From Flavobacteriales bacterium (GTDB lineage: Bacteria > Bacteroidota > Bacteroidia > Flavobacteriales_D > Sanyastnellaceae), in NCBI GenBank assembly GCA_015665315.1, contig JADFAK010000021.1, positions 454 to 64,453 of the forward strand: a stretch of 64,000 bases of DNA, written 5' to 3'. Below are positions 17,669 through 27,277 of this stretch, in pieces (within the stretch, counting starts at the first letter, position 1; every line of letters begins with the position of its first letter). The notes beneath the pieces were generated by a model. The model had not been told where the DNA came from and ran no database searches. It saw nothing but the letters and a program-made list of their open reading frames with translations. Position numbers and translations under genes: made by a program.

Positions 17669-17700
17669 GTTTCCATATTGGAAACTATTTGATATATTTG
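17669..17700 (+). promoter_or_regulatory. Candidate higBA promoter/operator
   Basis: Inverted repeat GTTTCC-N5-GGAAAC (17669-17685), then a Bacteroidota-type -7 box TATATTTG (17693-17700), about 87 nt upstream of higB. Confidence 0.35.
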
Positions 17701-17786
17701 CGTATAATTGATTGTTAAACCAATTGAGAAAGGAATGGAAGAATTAAGAATGGGGTTAGATCGCCTCGAATTAATATTTGTACCGA

Positions 17787-18089
17787 ATGAGGATTATTGC
17801 GGTAGGAAACCTAAAGAGATTCTATGAAGAACATCCTGAGACAGAAACAGGAATTAAAACATGGATTAAGCTTGTGAAAGGTGCGGCTTGGAAAAAGCCT
17901 AAAGATATCCTGCAGACATTCAGCCATGCAAGGCCAATTGGAAATGGCCGTGTTGTTTTCAACATAAACAAGAATGATTATAGGTTAATAGCGAAAGTCG
18001 AATACAGGTTGGGAATAGTTTTTGTCTGTTTTATCGGGACTCACGAAAAATATGATAGAATAGACCCAATTTCCATTCAAGAATACTAG
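17787..18089 (+). CDS. higB: Type II toxin HigB (RelE-fold mRNA interferase, HigB_toxin family)
   Basis: MRIIAVGNLKRFYEEHP...VVFNINKNDYRLIAKVEYRLGIVFVCFIGTHEKYDRID matches the family pattern (VFNI.GN.YRL...GTH.EYD). Confidence 0.8.
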   Translation: MRIIAVGNLKRFYEEHPETETGIKTWIKLVKGAAWKKPKDILQTFSHARPIGNGRVVFNINKNDYRLIAKVEYRLGIVFVCFIGTHEKYDRIDPISIQEY

Positions 18090-18107
18090 GACATTAAAAA
18101 GAACACA

Positions 18108-18545
18108 GTGAATAGTAAAAATCACATACAACCAATTAAAAGTCGCAAAGATTACCGACTAGCCTTGGATGAACTGTATCAACTGATGGATGCGCCTTTG
18201 GATTCTGATGATTACAACAGTGCTGAAATCTTGAGCATTCTTATTGAAAAATATGAAGAGGAACATTTTCCAATAGAGAGTCCTGATCCAATTGAGGCAA
18301 TTAAGTATTTAATGGAAGAAAATGATTTAAATCAAACTCAGTTGGGTGAAATTATTGGGGGAAGATCAAAAGCTTCATTAATCTTAAATAGAAAAAGAGC
18401 CTTGAGTATCACAATGATCCGCAGTCTTAATGAGAGATTAAAAATTCCCTTTGAAGTTTTAATGAAAGAATATCCACTTGCGATATACTGGGCTACCATT
18501 TTGGTAGCCTTTTTTTATGACTCTGATTTTTTTCAGAGATTTTGA
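18108..18545 (+). CDS. higA: HigA antitoxin (HTH/XRE-type)
   Basis: GTG start 18 nt after higB. Contains ...EKYEEEHFPIESPDPIEAIKYLMEENDLNQTQLGEIIG.RSKASLILNRKRALSITMIRSL. A terminator hairpin (gctacca/tggtagc plus T7, about 18489-18516) lies inside the last codons. Confidence 0.75.
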   Translation: MNSKNHIQPIKSRKDYRLALDELYQLMDAPLDSDDYNSAEILSILIEKYEEEHFPIESPDPIEAIKYLMEENDLNQTQLGEIIGGRSKASLILNRKRALSITMIRSLNERLKIPFEVLMKEYPLAIYWATILVAFFYDSDFFQRF

Positions 18546-18704
18546 TGTTCAAGAGAATTTGCATAAAGTCTTAGTCTCAGGCAATGCGGTGAACTACAAA
18601 CCCATGAAGTGGAATTCATTCTATCACCCCGCTCATCAAGATAAACTTCTACTCCTTTCATTTCTTCAAAATGCAGTAAGCAGCTAAAAGCTGCTTTCTG
18701 TCTC

Positions 18705-18721
18705 CTGTGGAGCCGGTGGGA
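18705..18721. repeat. Displaced partial copy of the ssrA 3' end
   Basis: ctgtggagccggtggga compared with the genuine ctgtggagccgagggga at 18871. Confidence 0.6.
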
Positions 18722-18873
18722 TTACCTTCAATGATCCCTAGTCACCCTCGTACATGAACCCGATCGCTGCGCTCTTGCTGTTTTCGTGTGTCTTCGCAAC
18801 CTCGAGAAAGCTCGGGCAGCTTCAACACAGAAAACCCGAACTCCGCAAAGCGGAGTTCGGGTTCATCCAACTG

Positions 18874-19270
18874 TGGAGCCGAGGGGAGTCGAACCCCCGT
18901 CCAAACAAGGAAAGATTGAGCTTTCTACATGCTTATTTTCTTATTGGTTTTCGATTACTGACTGGCAAGAAACAACCACTCCAATAACTTATCCTGTTGG
19001 TTTCGCTGAGGCATCCAGGTTCTACCATCGCTAGCTCTTATTCACGATGTCCCAATTCCAAAGGTCAAGAGCCAACCTTTTAGCGGGACAGCTCGTTTGC
19101 CTACCTAGTAGGTCAAATTAAGGTAATCAGTCTCAGACTAGATTACGCAGCAAGCGCGTAAGATGTGTTGCCATTTACAGGCTGAGTTGCTGAGATTTAC
19201 GAGCCAACAAAACAAAAGCTCGGCATGCTTACTGAACCAGTCATCTCGATGTCAAAGCCAAATCGGCCCC
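18874..19270 (-). ncRNA. ssrA: tmRNA (SsrA)
   Basis: 5' GGGGCCGATTTGGCTTTGACATCGAG... and 3' ...GGGGGTTCGACTCCCCTCGGCTCCA. The acceptor stem pairs with a G3-U wobble. The internal tag ORF GGC AAC ACA TCT TAC GCG CTT GCT GCG TAA encodes GNTSYALAA (19172-19143). Confidence 0.92.
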
Positions 19271-19346
19271 AGTACACCAGGTTGCCCTGATAAAGTGCGG
19301 CAAGGATCCCCGTTGGAATTGCCCCTGCCTGTTGTAATTAGGACTG

Positions 19347-19385
19347 CAAAGATAGTACCATTCATCCCTATAAGACAACCTGTCA
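19347..19385 (-). promoter_or_regulatory. Candidate ssrA promoter
   Basis: On the minus strand, TATCTTTG (-7 box, 19354-19347) with a TTG 21 nt upstream. This implies a leader of about 70 nt removed by RNase P. Confidence 0.35.
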
Positions 19386-19429
19386 TAAAATATAGTTCTG
19401 TTTTTCTAATTGTCTGCTAAATTGCGCCC

Positions 19430-21685
19430 ATGAAAGCATCAACAATTATCTGTAGCAGAGCTCTTGTCCTCTTCTCACTTATCCTCCTTTTCTCTACCTC
19501 AAATCTTATCGGCCAACTTACCCTCGATCGCGTGTGGTTTTCCGGTGAATTTCGACAAGAACGTATGTCGGCCATCGAATGGTTCAAGGACGGGAGTCAG
19601 TATCTAACCCAAGAACGTGGCGAGAATGGCACCGATTACCTGCTTACCGATGTCAAAACGGGGAAAACAACCGTACTAGTCGATGGTGGAGTATTCACAA
19701 CCCCGGATGGAGAAAAGCTGAATGTTGAATCGCATACCTTTTCCGACGATTACACGAAAATGCTGCTCTACGGAAATTCGAAGCGCGTTTGGCGATCAAA
19801 TACAAAAGGCGATTACTGGTTGTACGACCTAAAAACACACAAAGTCAAGCAGCTAGGTGTTGGTCTGCCTGCATCTTCCCTGATGTTTGCCAAATTGTCG
19901 CCCGATCATTCAACTGTAGCTTATGTCTCCGAATTCAATATTTACAAGGAAGATTTAAAAACCGGTAAAATCACAGCCCTTACAACCGATGGAACAACCG
20001 ATATCATCAACGGTACCTTCGACTGGGTATACGAAGAAGAGTTTTCGTGCCGCGATGGTTTTCGCTGGAGTGAAGATGGGAAGAGCATTGCTTTTTGGCA
20101 ACTAGATGCGTCTAAGATTCGTGATTTCTACATGATTAACAATACCGATTCACTCTATCCATTTATGGTTCCTGTTCAATACCCGAAAGTGGGAGAGGAT
20201 CCATCGCGATGCAGGGTGGGGGTGATTGACCTGGCTTCAGGTGCGCGCACTTGGATGAAAATTGAAGGTGATCAAGTTCAGCACTACTTGCCACGTATGC
20301 AGTGGGTAGGCACACAATTACTCGTCCAGCAATTGGATCGCAAGCAGCAAGTTCAAAAATTCTGGATGTGCAACCCTGCAACTGGGGATGCGAAGCAGAT
20401 TTACAAAGAATCCGACGAGGCCTACATCGAAATCATGAACAACGATTTTAGCGCGGGACATGCCATGGATGAGATGACGCTGTTGCCTAAAACCAAGGAG
20501 CTTCTTCACCTCACTGAAAAGGATGGTTGGCGACATTTATCTGCCATAAAGGCAAATGGTTCAGGTGAACGCCTTGTGACGGATTTCGCCGGAGACATAT
20601 CAGCAGTCTACAGCATCCAGGCCGATAAAGGAGTTGCCTATATCTGTGCATCGCCCGAAAATGCAACCCAACGTTACTTGTACCAGGCTTCTTTGAGCAA
20701 GGCTAGCGCTGTCAAGCGATTGACACCTAAGGAATACAGTGGAGTGAATAACTACTCGATTTCGCCGAATGGCAAATACGCCGTTCACTACCACCAAAAT
20801 GCCAACGAACCAAGAACTGTACGCCTCATTCAATTGCCTTCTCACAAAACAGTTCGCACATTGGTTGCAAATGAAGAATACAAGCATTTGATGGATTCAT
20901 TGAATTATCCGACAGCCGAGTTTTCAAAGATCACAACGGCCGATGGTATTGAAATGGATGTGCGCATGCTCAAACCGTCGAATTTCGATCCTAGCAAAAA
21001 ATACCCCGTATTGTTCTATGTATACGGCGAGCCTTGGGGACAAACTTGTGCAGATAATTGGTCTTTTGGCTATGATAATGTGATAAGCGAACTCGGATAT
21101 ATCGTCATTACCATGGACAATCGTGGAACACCCTGTCCGAAAGGTCGTGAGTGGAGGAAGTGTGTCTATCGCAAGGTGGGCCGACTGAATATTTCAGACC
21201 AAGCTCAGGCTGCTCAGGAGATTGCCAAACTTCCCTTCGTTGATGCCGAGCGCATGGCCGTGTGGGGATGGAGCGGAGGAGGAAGCTCGACACTTAACCT
21301 TATGTTCCAATATCCCGATGTGTACTCATGTGGAATATCTGTGGCGCCGGTGGCAAATCAACTATACTACGATAATATCTACCAAGAGAGGTATATGGGC
21401 TTGCCCCAAGAGAACCGAGAGGACTTTGTTGCGGGTTCGCCAGTAACTTATGCCAACGGACTCGAAGGAGACTTGCTCGTGATTCATGGAACAGGCGACG
21501 ACAATGTGCATTACCAAGGAACCGAAGAATTGATCAATGCTTTGGTGAAATACGGTAAACAGTTTCAAGTGATGCCATACCCGAATCGCTCGCACGGCAT
21601 TTGGGAAGGTGAGGGTACCACGAAACATTTGTACACCTTGATGACCAATTTTCTCACAGACCACGTGGAAGCTGGCGGTAAATAG
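19430..21685 (+). CDS. Dipeptidyl-peptidase IV (S9B family serine peptidase)
   Basis: Signal peptide, the DWVYEEEF hallmark and the GWSGGG nucleophile elbow in an alpha/beta-hydrolase C-terminus. Confidence 0.85.
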   Translation: MKASTIICSRALVLFSLILLFSTSNLIGQLTLDRVWFSGEFRQERMSAIEWFKDGSQYLTQERGENGTDYLLTDVKTGKTTVLVDGGVFTTPDGEKLNVESHTFSDDYTKMLLYGNSKRVWRSNTKGDYWLYDLKTHKVKQLGVGLPASSLMFAKLSPDHSTVAYVSEFNIYKEDLKTGKITALTTDGTTDIINGTFDWVYEEEFSCRDGFRWSEDGKSIAFWQLDASKIRDFYMINNTDSLYPFMVPVQYPKVGEDPSRCRVGVIDLASGARTWMKIEGDQVQHYLPRMQWVGTQLLVQQLDRKQQVQKFWMCNPATGDAKQIYKESDEAYIEIMNNDFSAGHAMDEMTLLPKTKELLHLTEKDGWRHLSAIKANGSGERLVTDFAGDISAVYSIQADKGVAYICASPENATQRYLYQASLSKASAVKRLTPKEYSGVNNYSISPNGKYAVHYHQNANEPRTVRLIQLPSHKTVRTLVANEEYKHLMDSLNYPTAEFSKITTADGIEMDVRMLKPSNFDPSKKYPVLFYVYGEPWGQTCADNWSFGYDNVISELGYIVITMDNRGTPCPKGREWRKCVYRKVGRLNISDQAQAAQEIAKLPFVDAERMAVWGWSGGGSSTLNLMFQYPDVYSCGISVAPVANQLYYDNIYQERYMGLPQENREDFVAGSPVTYANGLEGDLLVIHGTGDDNVHYQGTEELINALVKYGKQFQVMPYPNRSHGIWEGEGTTKHLYTLMTNFLTDHVEAGGK

Positions 21686-21715
21686 CTAAACTCGCATTAC
21701 GAACTTATATGAATG

Positions 21716-21749
21716 AATGGTCGCCTCTCGTTGAAGCGACCATTTCTTT
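21716..21749 (+). terminator. Intrinsic terminator after the DPP-IV gene
   Basis: aatggtcgc-N11-gcgaccatt followed by tctttg. Confidence 0.55.
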
Positions 21750-21758
21750 GCACTTAAC

Positions 21759-23849
21759 TTGTCGGATTTGATTTCTCAACAACAAAAACAGGCTGTTCTC
21801 GATCTATTTGCGGGTGGAGCAACAGTGCCTTTCATCGCCAGATATAGGAAAGAGGCCACAGGCGGATTGGATGAAGTCCAGATCGCCCAAATCAAGGATG
21901 ATCACCAAAAATCGGAGGAACTTTCAAAGCGAAAAGACACCGTGTTGAGCACTATGACCGAGTTGGGTGTTCTCACCGATGAACTGCGTGGGAAGGTCAA
22001 CGCTTGCTCCGATTTAATCTCACTTGAGGATCTCTATTTGCCGTATAAACCCAAGCGAAAGTCGAAGGCTAGTGTGGCCCGTGAGCGCGGACTAGAACCT
22101 CTGGCAGGAGCTTTTATGAAGCAAGAAATCAATGATCCCGAGTCTTATGCCCAGCGATTTGTAAAAGGAGAAGTAAAAGATGTCGACGAGGCAATTTTAG
22201 GCGCCCAACATATCATGGCCGAATGGATGAGCGAGCGGTCCTATGCGCGAAACAAGCTGCGCCGCATGTTTTTAACCAAGGGCGAAATCACCGCTAAAGT
22301 GCAGAAAGGAAAGGAAGGGGAAGTGAAGTTCAAGGACTATTTCAGCTACTCGTCTTTGTTAAGTCGAACCCCTGGTCATCGCTTGCTAGCAATCCTCCGC
22401 GGCGAGCAAGAGGGCGTATTAAAAGTAGGGATTGAGCCACCTCGTAAAGAGGCGATTGAGATGCTTAATTCTATTTTTATAAAGAGCACAAGGCAAATGG
22501 GGCAGATCGTGGAGGTAGCGGTTCGTGATGCATATATGCGCCTTCTCCGAGGGAGTATGGAAACCGAGATGCGCCAGCAATTCAAAGAAAAGGCAGATGA
22601 TGAATCAATCGCTGTCTTTGCGGCCAACCTCGAACAGCTTCTCATGGCGCCGCCTGTCGGTCAGCACACAACATTGGCCATAGACCCGGGCTTTCGAAGT
22701 GGGTGCAAAGTGGTATGTCTCGACGCCCAAGGGAATCTCAAACACAACGCCACCGTATTCCCCCATCCACCGCAGAACCAACGAAAAGAAGCAGCGGCGA
22801 AAATCAGTCAGTTCATAGAGGCTTACAAAATCGACATAATCGCGATTGGCGATGGAACGGCTGGGCGAGAAACAGAGGAGTGGGTGAACAGAGAGGTATA
22901 CAAGAAAAGGCCTGTTTCAGTTTACTCGGTCAACGAAGATGGTGCCTCGATTTATTCGGCGTCGACAGTTGCCCGCGAGGAGTTTCCAGATTACGATGTG
23001 ACCGTTCGAGGAGCCGTGAGTATCGGCAGGCGCTTGATGGACCCCTTGTCGGAATTGGTGAAAATTGATCCGAAATCAATTGGTGTAGGGCAGTACCAGC
23101 ACGATGTAGACCAAAAGAAACTCAAGGAGAAACTGGATGCAATTGTAGAGAGAGCAGTGAATCGCGTAGGGGTGAATTTGAATTTATCAAGCGAGCACTT
23201 GCTGCAACATGTATCGGGCTTGAATGCAGGTGTGGCTAAAAAGATTGTAGCCTATCGGCAAATGAATGGCGATTTTTCAAGTCGGCAGCAGCTCCTAAAA
23301 GTAGGAGGTTTGGGACCCAAAGCATTCGAGCAATGCGCAGGTTTTCTCCGAATTACAAACGGGAAGAATCCGCTGGATAATAGTGCCATACACCCTGAAA
23401 GTTACGCGTTGGTAGGTAAGATAGCCAAGGAGAATGGGGCCGAATTGAATCAAGTAGTAGGTACTGATTGGATCAAAGGAATCGCTTTAGATAAGTATGT
23501 TTCGGGGAATGTGGGCTTGCCTACGCTTCAAGATATTGCCGGCGAAATTCAAAAACCTGGGAGAGACCCTCGAGGCGAGGCCAAGCAGTTCTCATTTGCC
23601 GAAGGCGTGAGTAGCATTACCGACCTGCATGTAGGCATGAAAGTTCCAGGAAAGGTGAGCAATATTACCAAGTTTGGGGCTTTTGTGGATATTGGAGTGA
23701 AGCAGGACGGACTGGTCCACGTGTCGAAACTTGCAGATAGATTTGTGAGTGATCCCATGGAAGTTGTGCATCTCGGTCAGGAAGTTTCTGTGACCGTTCT
23801 TGAATTGGACGTCGCTCGCAAGCGTATCAACTTGAGTATGATTGGGTAG
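21759..23849 (+). CDS. tex: Tex-like transcription accessory protein (YqgF/HHH/S1 domains)
   Basis: GGATVPFIARYRKEATGGLDE... and a C-terminal S1 domain (GKVSNITKFGAFVDIG...GLVHVS). A TTG start is the only in-frame start after an upstream stop. Confidence 0.85.
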   Translation: MSDLISQQQKQAVLDLFAGGATVPFIARYRKEATGGLDEVQIAQIKDDHQKSEELSKRKDTVLSTMTELGVLTDELRGKVNACSDLISLEDLYLPYKPKRKSKASVARERGLEPLAGAFMKQEINDPESYAQRFVKGEVKDVDEAILGAQHIMAEWMSERSYARNKLRRMFLTKGEITAKVQKGKEGEVKFKDYFSYSSLLSRTPGHRLLAILRGEQEGVLKVGIEPPRKEAIEMLNSIFIKSTRQMGQIVEVAVRDAYMRLLRGSMETEMRQQFKEKADDESIAVFAANLEQLLMAPPVGQHTTLAIDPGFRSGCKVVCLDAQGNLKHNATVFPHPPQNQRKEAAAKISQFIEAYKIDIIAIGDGTAGRETEEWVNREVYKKRPVSVYSVNEDGASIYSASTVAREEFPDYDVTVRGAVSIGRRLMDPLSELVKIDPKSIGVGQYQHDVDQKKLKEKLDAIVERAVNRVGVNLNLSSEHLLQHVSGLNAGVAKKIVAYRQMNGDFSSRQQLLKVGGLGPKAFEQCAGFLRITNGKNPLDNSAIHPESYALVGKIAKENGAELNQVVGTDWIKGIALDKYVSGNVGLPTLQDIAGEIQKPGRDPRGEAKQFSFAEGVSSITDLHVGMKVPGKVSNITKFGAFVDIGVKQDGLVHVSKLADRFVSDPMEVVHLGQEVSVTVLELDVARKRINLSMIG

Positions 23850-24006
23850 CGCACGAATGAGCCTAGATTACTTTGAACCATCAGTTTTATCTGGCTGGGA
23901 ATGTTACAATTCCATCTTTTAGTCGTCTATTAAATAGCAATTCATGAGGGTTGATGCCTTCAATGATTAAATTGCACATGAAACAACCAAAATCAAACCC
24001 AATTAC

Positions 24007-26388
24007 ATGAAGAAATTCAACTTATTTTTATTGTTCGCATTGTCTGTCATTTGCGCGCAGTCGCAGTTAAACCTGACCTACCAGGGCAACATTACCTACA
24101 ATCAAAACTTGAGTGATATATGGGGCTACGCGGCGCCGGATGATCATGAGTACGCCATAGTGGGTGTTTACAACGGAGTGTCGATCGTAGATTTAGCTGA
24201 TCCGACAAACCCGACAGAATTATTTTTCTTGAATGGGTTGGGAACGACTTGGCGCGATATTAAAACGTGGGGAGAATATGCCTATGTGACCAATGAGGAA
24301 GGAAATGGAGTTGAAGTGATTGACTTGAGCGACCTGCCAAATTCGGTGGAGTCATTCAACTGGACGCCTAATATTCCGGGGTCTGGAACGCTTTCAACTT
24401 GCCACAATATTTGGATTGATGAATTCGGATACGCCTACCTCACCGGTTGCAATGTGAACAATGGTGGAATGGTGTATGTCGACGTGTTTACGAATCCTGG
24501 TCAGCCCGAATACGTTGGCAAAGGCCCCGCGGTTTACGCCCATGATGTGTATACGGCCAATAACTTGGCCTACACCTGTGAAGTCTATGACGGCGTATTT
24601 GGTATTTACGATGTGACAGATAAATCGAGTACCGTCTTTTTGGGAAATCAAGTCACAACTGGGGAATTCACGCATAACTGCTGGCTTTCGGACGATGGGA
24701 CAATTCTCTATACTACGGATGAACAGCCGAATTCGCCGGTAGGATCTTACGATGTGAGTGATCCAACTAACATTATTCACTTGGATGACTTTCTACCGTA
24801 TGAAACGTTGGGAACAGGCGTAGTTCCGCACAATGTCCATGTATGGGAAGATTGGTTGATTATATCTTATTACACTGATGGCTGTATTTTGGTTGACGGT
24901 TCGAATCCAACCAACTTAATTGAGGTAGGTAATTTCGACACATTTATTCCTCAGAGTTCGGGATTTAGCGGCGCTTGGGGAGCATATCCGTATTTGCCTT
25001 CTGGCTTGGTACTGATCTCCGATATTGGCAATGGAATGTATGTGTTGGAGCCCAATTACGTGAATGCATGTTGGCTCGAAGGCGAAGTCACGGACGAATC
25101 TACTGGACTCGCTCTGAGTGGTGCAAGCATCGTTATCGAGTCGACCAATGTAGCAGATCAGAGTAATATTGGTGGAGATTACGCCACGGGATATGCGATC
25201 TCCGGAACCTACGATGTGACCTATTCCAAGGCGGGATATATTCCCCAGACAATTGCAGTTGATATCGAAAACGGTGAAATTGTTATCGTTGACGTAGCGC
25301 TTAGTCCGCTCAACGCCTTCTCCATTGGGGGAACAGTAGTCGACGAAAATTCGGGTGATCCGATTCCTTTTGCAACTGTTCGTATTGTGAACGAGGATTT
25401 CGACTATGAGTTAACTACCGACGATGCTGGAGCGTTTACATTGAATACTTTCTTTGAAGGGGAATATGATGTGATCGCTGGAAAATGGGGGCATCACACG
25501 GCCTATATCAGTGCCGAGCAAATCGACGAAGGAAATGCCTCTCTCACTATTGAAATTGCCGAAGGATACGAGGATATTTTCTCATTGGACCACGGTTGGA
25601 ATACCTTCTTTAGCGGATATACCGGCGAGTGGGAGATTGGAACGCCTATAGGTGTTGTAGTTCCAGATGTAGAGCAATTAATCACTCCTGAATTTGATGT
25701 TCCTGAAGATTTAGGGAATCACTGTTACGTAACAGGAAATGATGCCGATTTTTTCAACGGCGTACTTATTGGAGGTGATGCTGGTCTGACCAGTCCGGTA
25801 ATGGATTTAACGAGTTATGACGCGCCATTTTTGCACTACTATGTTTGGTATTTGAATGTCGATGTAGATCAAGGCAATCCTGGATTTGACGACATGATTG
25901 TGACGATGTCCGACGGTTTTCAATCGATGCCAATTGACACCGTTCCATTTGAGAATTTCTCACAGTTGGGGTGGGCATTGCGATCGGTTGATTTGTCGCA
26001 ATTTATGCCTATGACGGGAAACATGACGATTTCATTTACATGTTCGACACCGGGAAGCTTTACCTATGTTTCGGAGGCGGCGATAGATTACTTTTTAATC
26101 ACCGATGGTAATCCGAATGGAGTAGCCGAAGTGATGAGTGAAATCCTGTTGACGGCAGCTCCAAACCCATCTACTTCGGAGTTTGTGATTAACTACAAGC
26201 TTGAGCAATTTGGATCAACATCAGTCATCCAAGTTTTTAATGCGATGGGGCAGTTGGTCCACCATGAGAGATTGACATCAAAGAGCGGTAGGATTGTGAT
26301 AGGGGAAGACTTTGTAGGCGGAATGTATGTCGCACGAATTGTCAGCGAAGGAAACGTGAGTAAGTCGATCACGCTTATCAAGAACTAA
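24007..26388 (+). CDS. LVIVD-repeat beta-propeller protein with CarboxypepD_reg-like domains and a T9SS C-terminal sorting domain
   Basis: Signal peptide, YAYVTNEEGNGVEVIDLSD-type LVIVD repeats and two GxVxDxxTGxPLxGAxV-like domains. The tail ...APNPSTSEFVINY...GMYVARIVSEGNVSKSITLIKN is a T9SS type-A CTD. Confidence 0.75.
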   Translation: MKKFNLFLLFALSVICAQSQLNLTYQGNITYNQNLSDIWGYAAPDDHEYAIVGVYNGVSIVDLADPTNPTELFFLNGLGTTWRDIKTWGEYAYVTNEEGNGVEVIDLSDLPNSVESFNWTPNIPGSGTLSTCHNIWIDEFGYAYLTGCNVNNGGMVYVDVFTNPGQPEYVGKGPAVYAHDVYTANNLAYTCEVYDGVFGIYDVTDKSSTVFLGNQVTTGEFTHNCWLSDDGTILYTTDEQPNSPVGSYDVSDPTNIIHLDDFLPYETLGTGVVPHNVHVWEDWLIISYYTDGCILVDGSNPTNLIEVGNFDTFIPQSSGFSGAWGAYPYLPSGLVLISDIGNGMYVLEPNYVNACWLEGEVTDESTGLALSGASIVIESTNVADQSNIGGDYATGYAISGTYDVTYSKAGYIPQTIAVDIENGEIVIVDVALSPLNAFSIGGTVVDENSGDPIPFATVRIVNEDFDYELTTDDAGAFTLNTFFEGEYDVIAGKWGHHTAYISAEQIDEGNASLTIEIAEGYEDIFSLDHGWNTFFSGYTGEWEIGTPIGVVVPDVEQLITPEFDVPEDLGNHCYVTGNDADFFNGVLIGGDAGLTSPVMDLTSYDAPFLHYYVWYLNVDVDQGNPGFDDMIVTMSDGFQSMPIDTVPFENFSQLGWALRSVDLSQFMPMTGNMTISFTCSTPGSFTYVSEAAIDYFLITDGNPNGVAEVMSEILLTAAPNPSTSEFVINYKLEQFGSTSVIQVFNAMGQLVHHERLTSKSGRIVIGEDFVGGMYVARIVSEGNVSKSITLIKN

Positions 26389-26429
26389 GAAAAACTACTG
26401 GCTTTCCGGTGGAGGTCGGTTTAGGGAAT

Positions 26430-26467
26430 AAAAAAATGGGTAGACCGCGAGATCTACCCATTTTTTA
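26430..26467. terminator. Bidirectional terminator
   Basis: aaaaaa-atgggtaga-N8-tctacccat-tttttt between convergent genes. Confidence 0.65.
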
Positions 26468-26482
26468 TGTCTGTAAAATGAT

Positions 26483-27091
26483 TTATTTAAAGACATTCTT
26501 TTGGATGTACTTAGCCATCTGCTTACCACAAAGGGCGTAGCACTCGGCCAGTCTTGATCCGGCATCAAGGTCGTATCCCATTACTTGCGAACCTGGTACG
26601 CCAAAAATCTCAACTATGGCCGATGGAGTGTCGCTTCCATCTTCGTAGAATTCAAGGATGAAATCACACGAAGCAGCTTTTTTCGTTACGCCAATATTGA
26701 ATCCAGGCTCGGTTCTTACTGTTTTAACAACCACACGAAATCCTGAAGTGCTCTCTTCGGAAACAGTCAATGCTCCATCGCAGATTTCGTTGAAAAGCTC
26801 GGTAAACTTTGGTTCGAACCGATTGTCGCGGTTGGCCACCCAACCTTCCAACCATGCGTCGGCATCGGCAGGATTTTTTTCGGCGATCTCGCCAGTTTTC
26901 TTGTCGATATACTCTTGCTCTGTAGCGTATTTTCCTACGCTCATGCTTGAATAATCAAATTCAACTTTCAATTCCTTTACATTTTTAAGAAATCCTAGGT
27001 CGCCTTTGGTGACCTTAACTTTTGCACTTGACGTGCTCGACATTCCAAGAACGAAGGCCGTTGCGAGAAAGATAGATAGTAGATTTTTCAT
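26483..27091 (-). CDS. Secreted hypothetical protein
   Basis: ATG at 27091 gives a signal peptide, MKNLLSIFLATAFVLGMSSTSSA. No family recognised. Confidence 0.5.
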   Translation of the reverse strand: MKNLLSIFLATAFVLGMSSTSSAKVKVTKGDLGFLKNVKELKVEFDYSSMSVGKYATEQEYIDKKTGEIAEKNPADADAWLEGWVANRDNRFEPKFTELFNEICDGALTVSEESTSGFRVVVKTVRTEPGFNIGVTKKAASCDFILEFYEDGSDTPSAIVEIFGVPGSQVMGYDLDAGSRLAECYALCGKQMAKYIQKNVFK

Positions 27092-27277
27092 ATTTGTTTC
27101 GTTTAGTAATTGTGAAACGAAGATACAGATTGTTCGCATCGGCGAAACACCATGGTGAAAAATCATATTTGCCCAGTCAGCGTCCTGAAATCGAGGCTTT
27201 TAACGAACGGGCAATTCTTGAAAAACGATATTTGGTACTGTGGATTGGCCAGTTATTGGCGCTATGCGCAAATGTTT

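Larger units (their letters stand above)
17527..18873. mobile_element. Decayed integrated-island remnant at the 3' end of ssrA (no integrase left)
   Basis: Bounded and subdivided by direct copies of the ssrA 3' terminus: CTGTGGAGCCG at 17527, 18705 and at the genuine end, 18871. The only cargo is higBA. Confidence 0.45.

Noticed and set aside
17527-18873. Calling this segment an intact genomic island or prophage.
   Set aside because: It has no integrase, excisionase or other mobility gene and is only about 1.3 kb. I report it only as a decayed remnant inferred from the att-like direct repeats.
18754-19420. ORFs 18754-18987, 18786-19034 and 19163-19420 in the ORF track.
   Set aside because: They overlap the tmRNA gene, on the antisense strand, and its promoter region. 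The tmRNA assignment (acceptor stem, T-arm, ...YALAA tag) explains this sequence.
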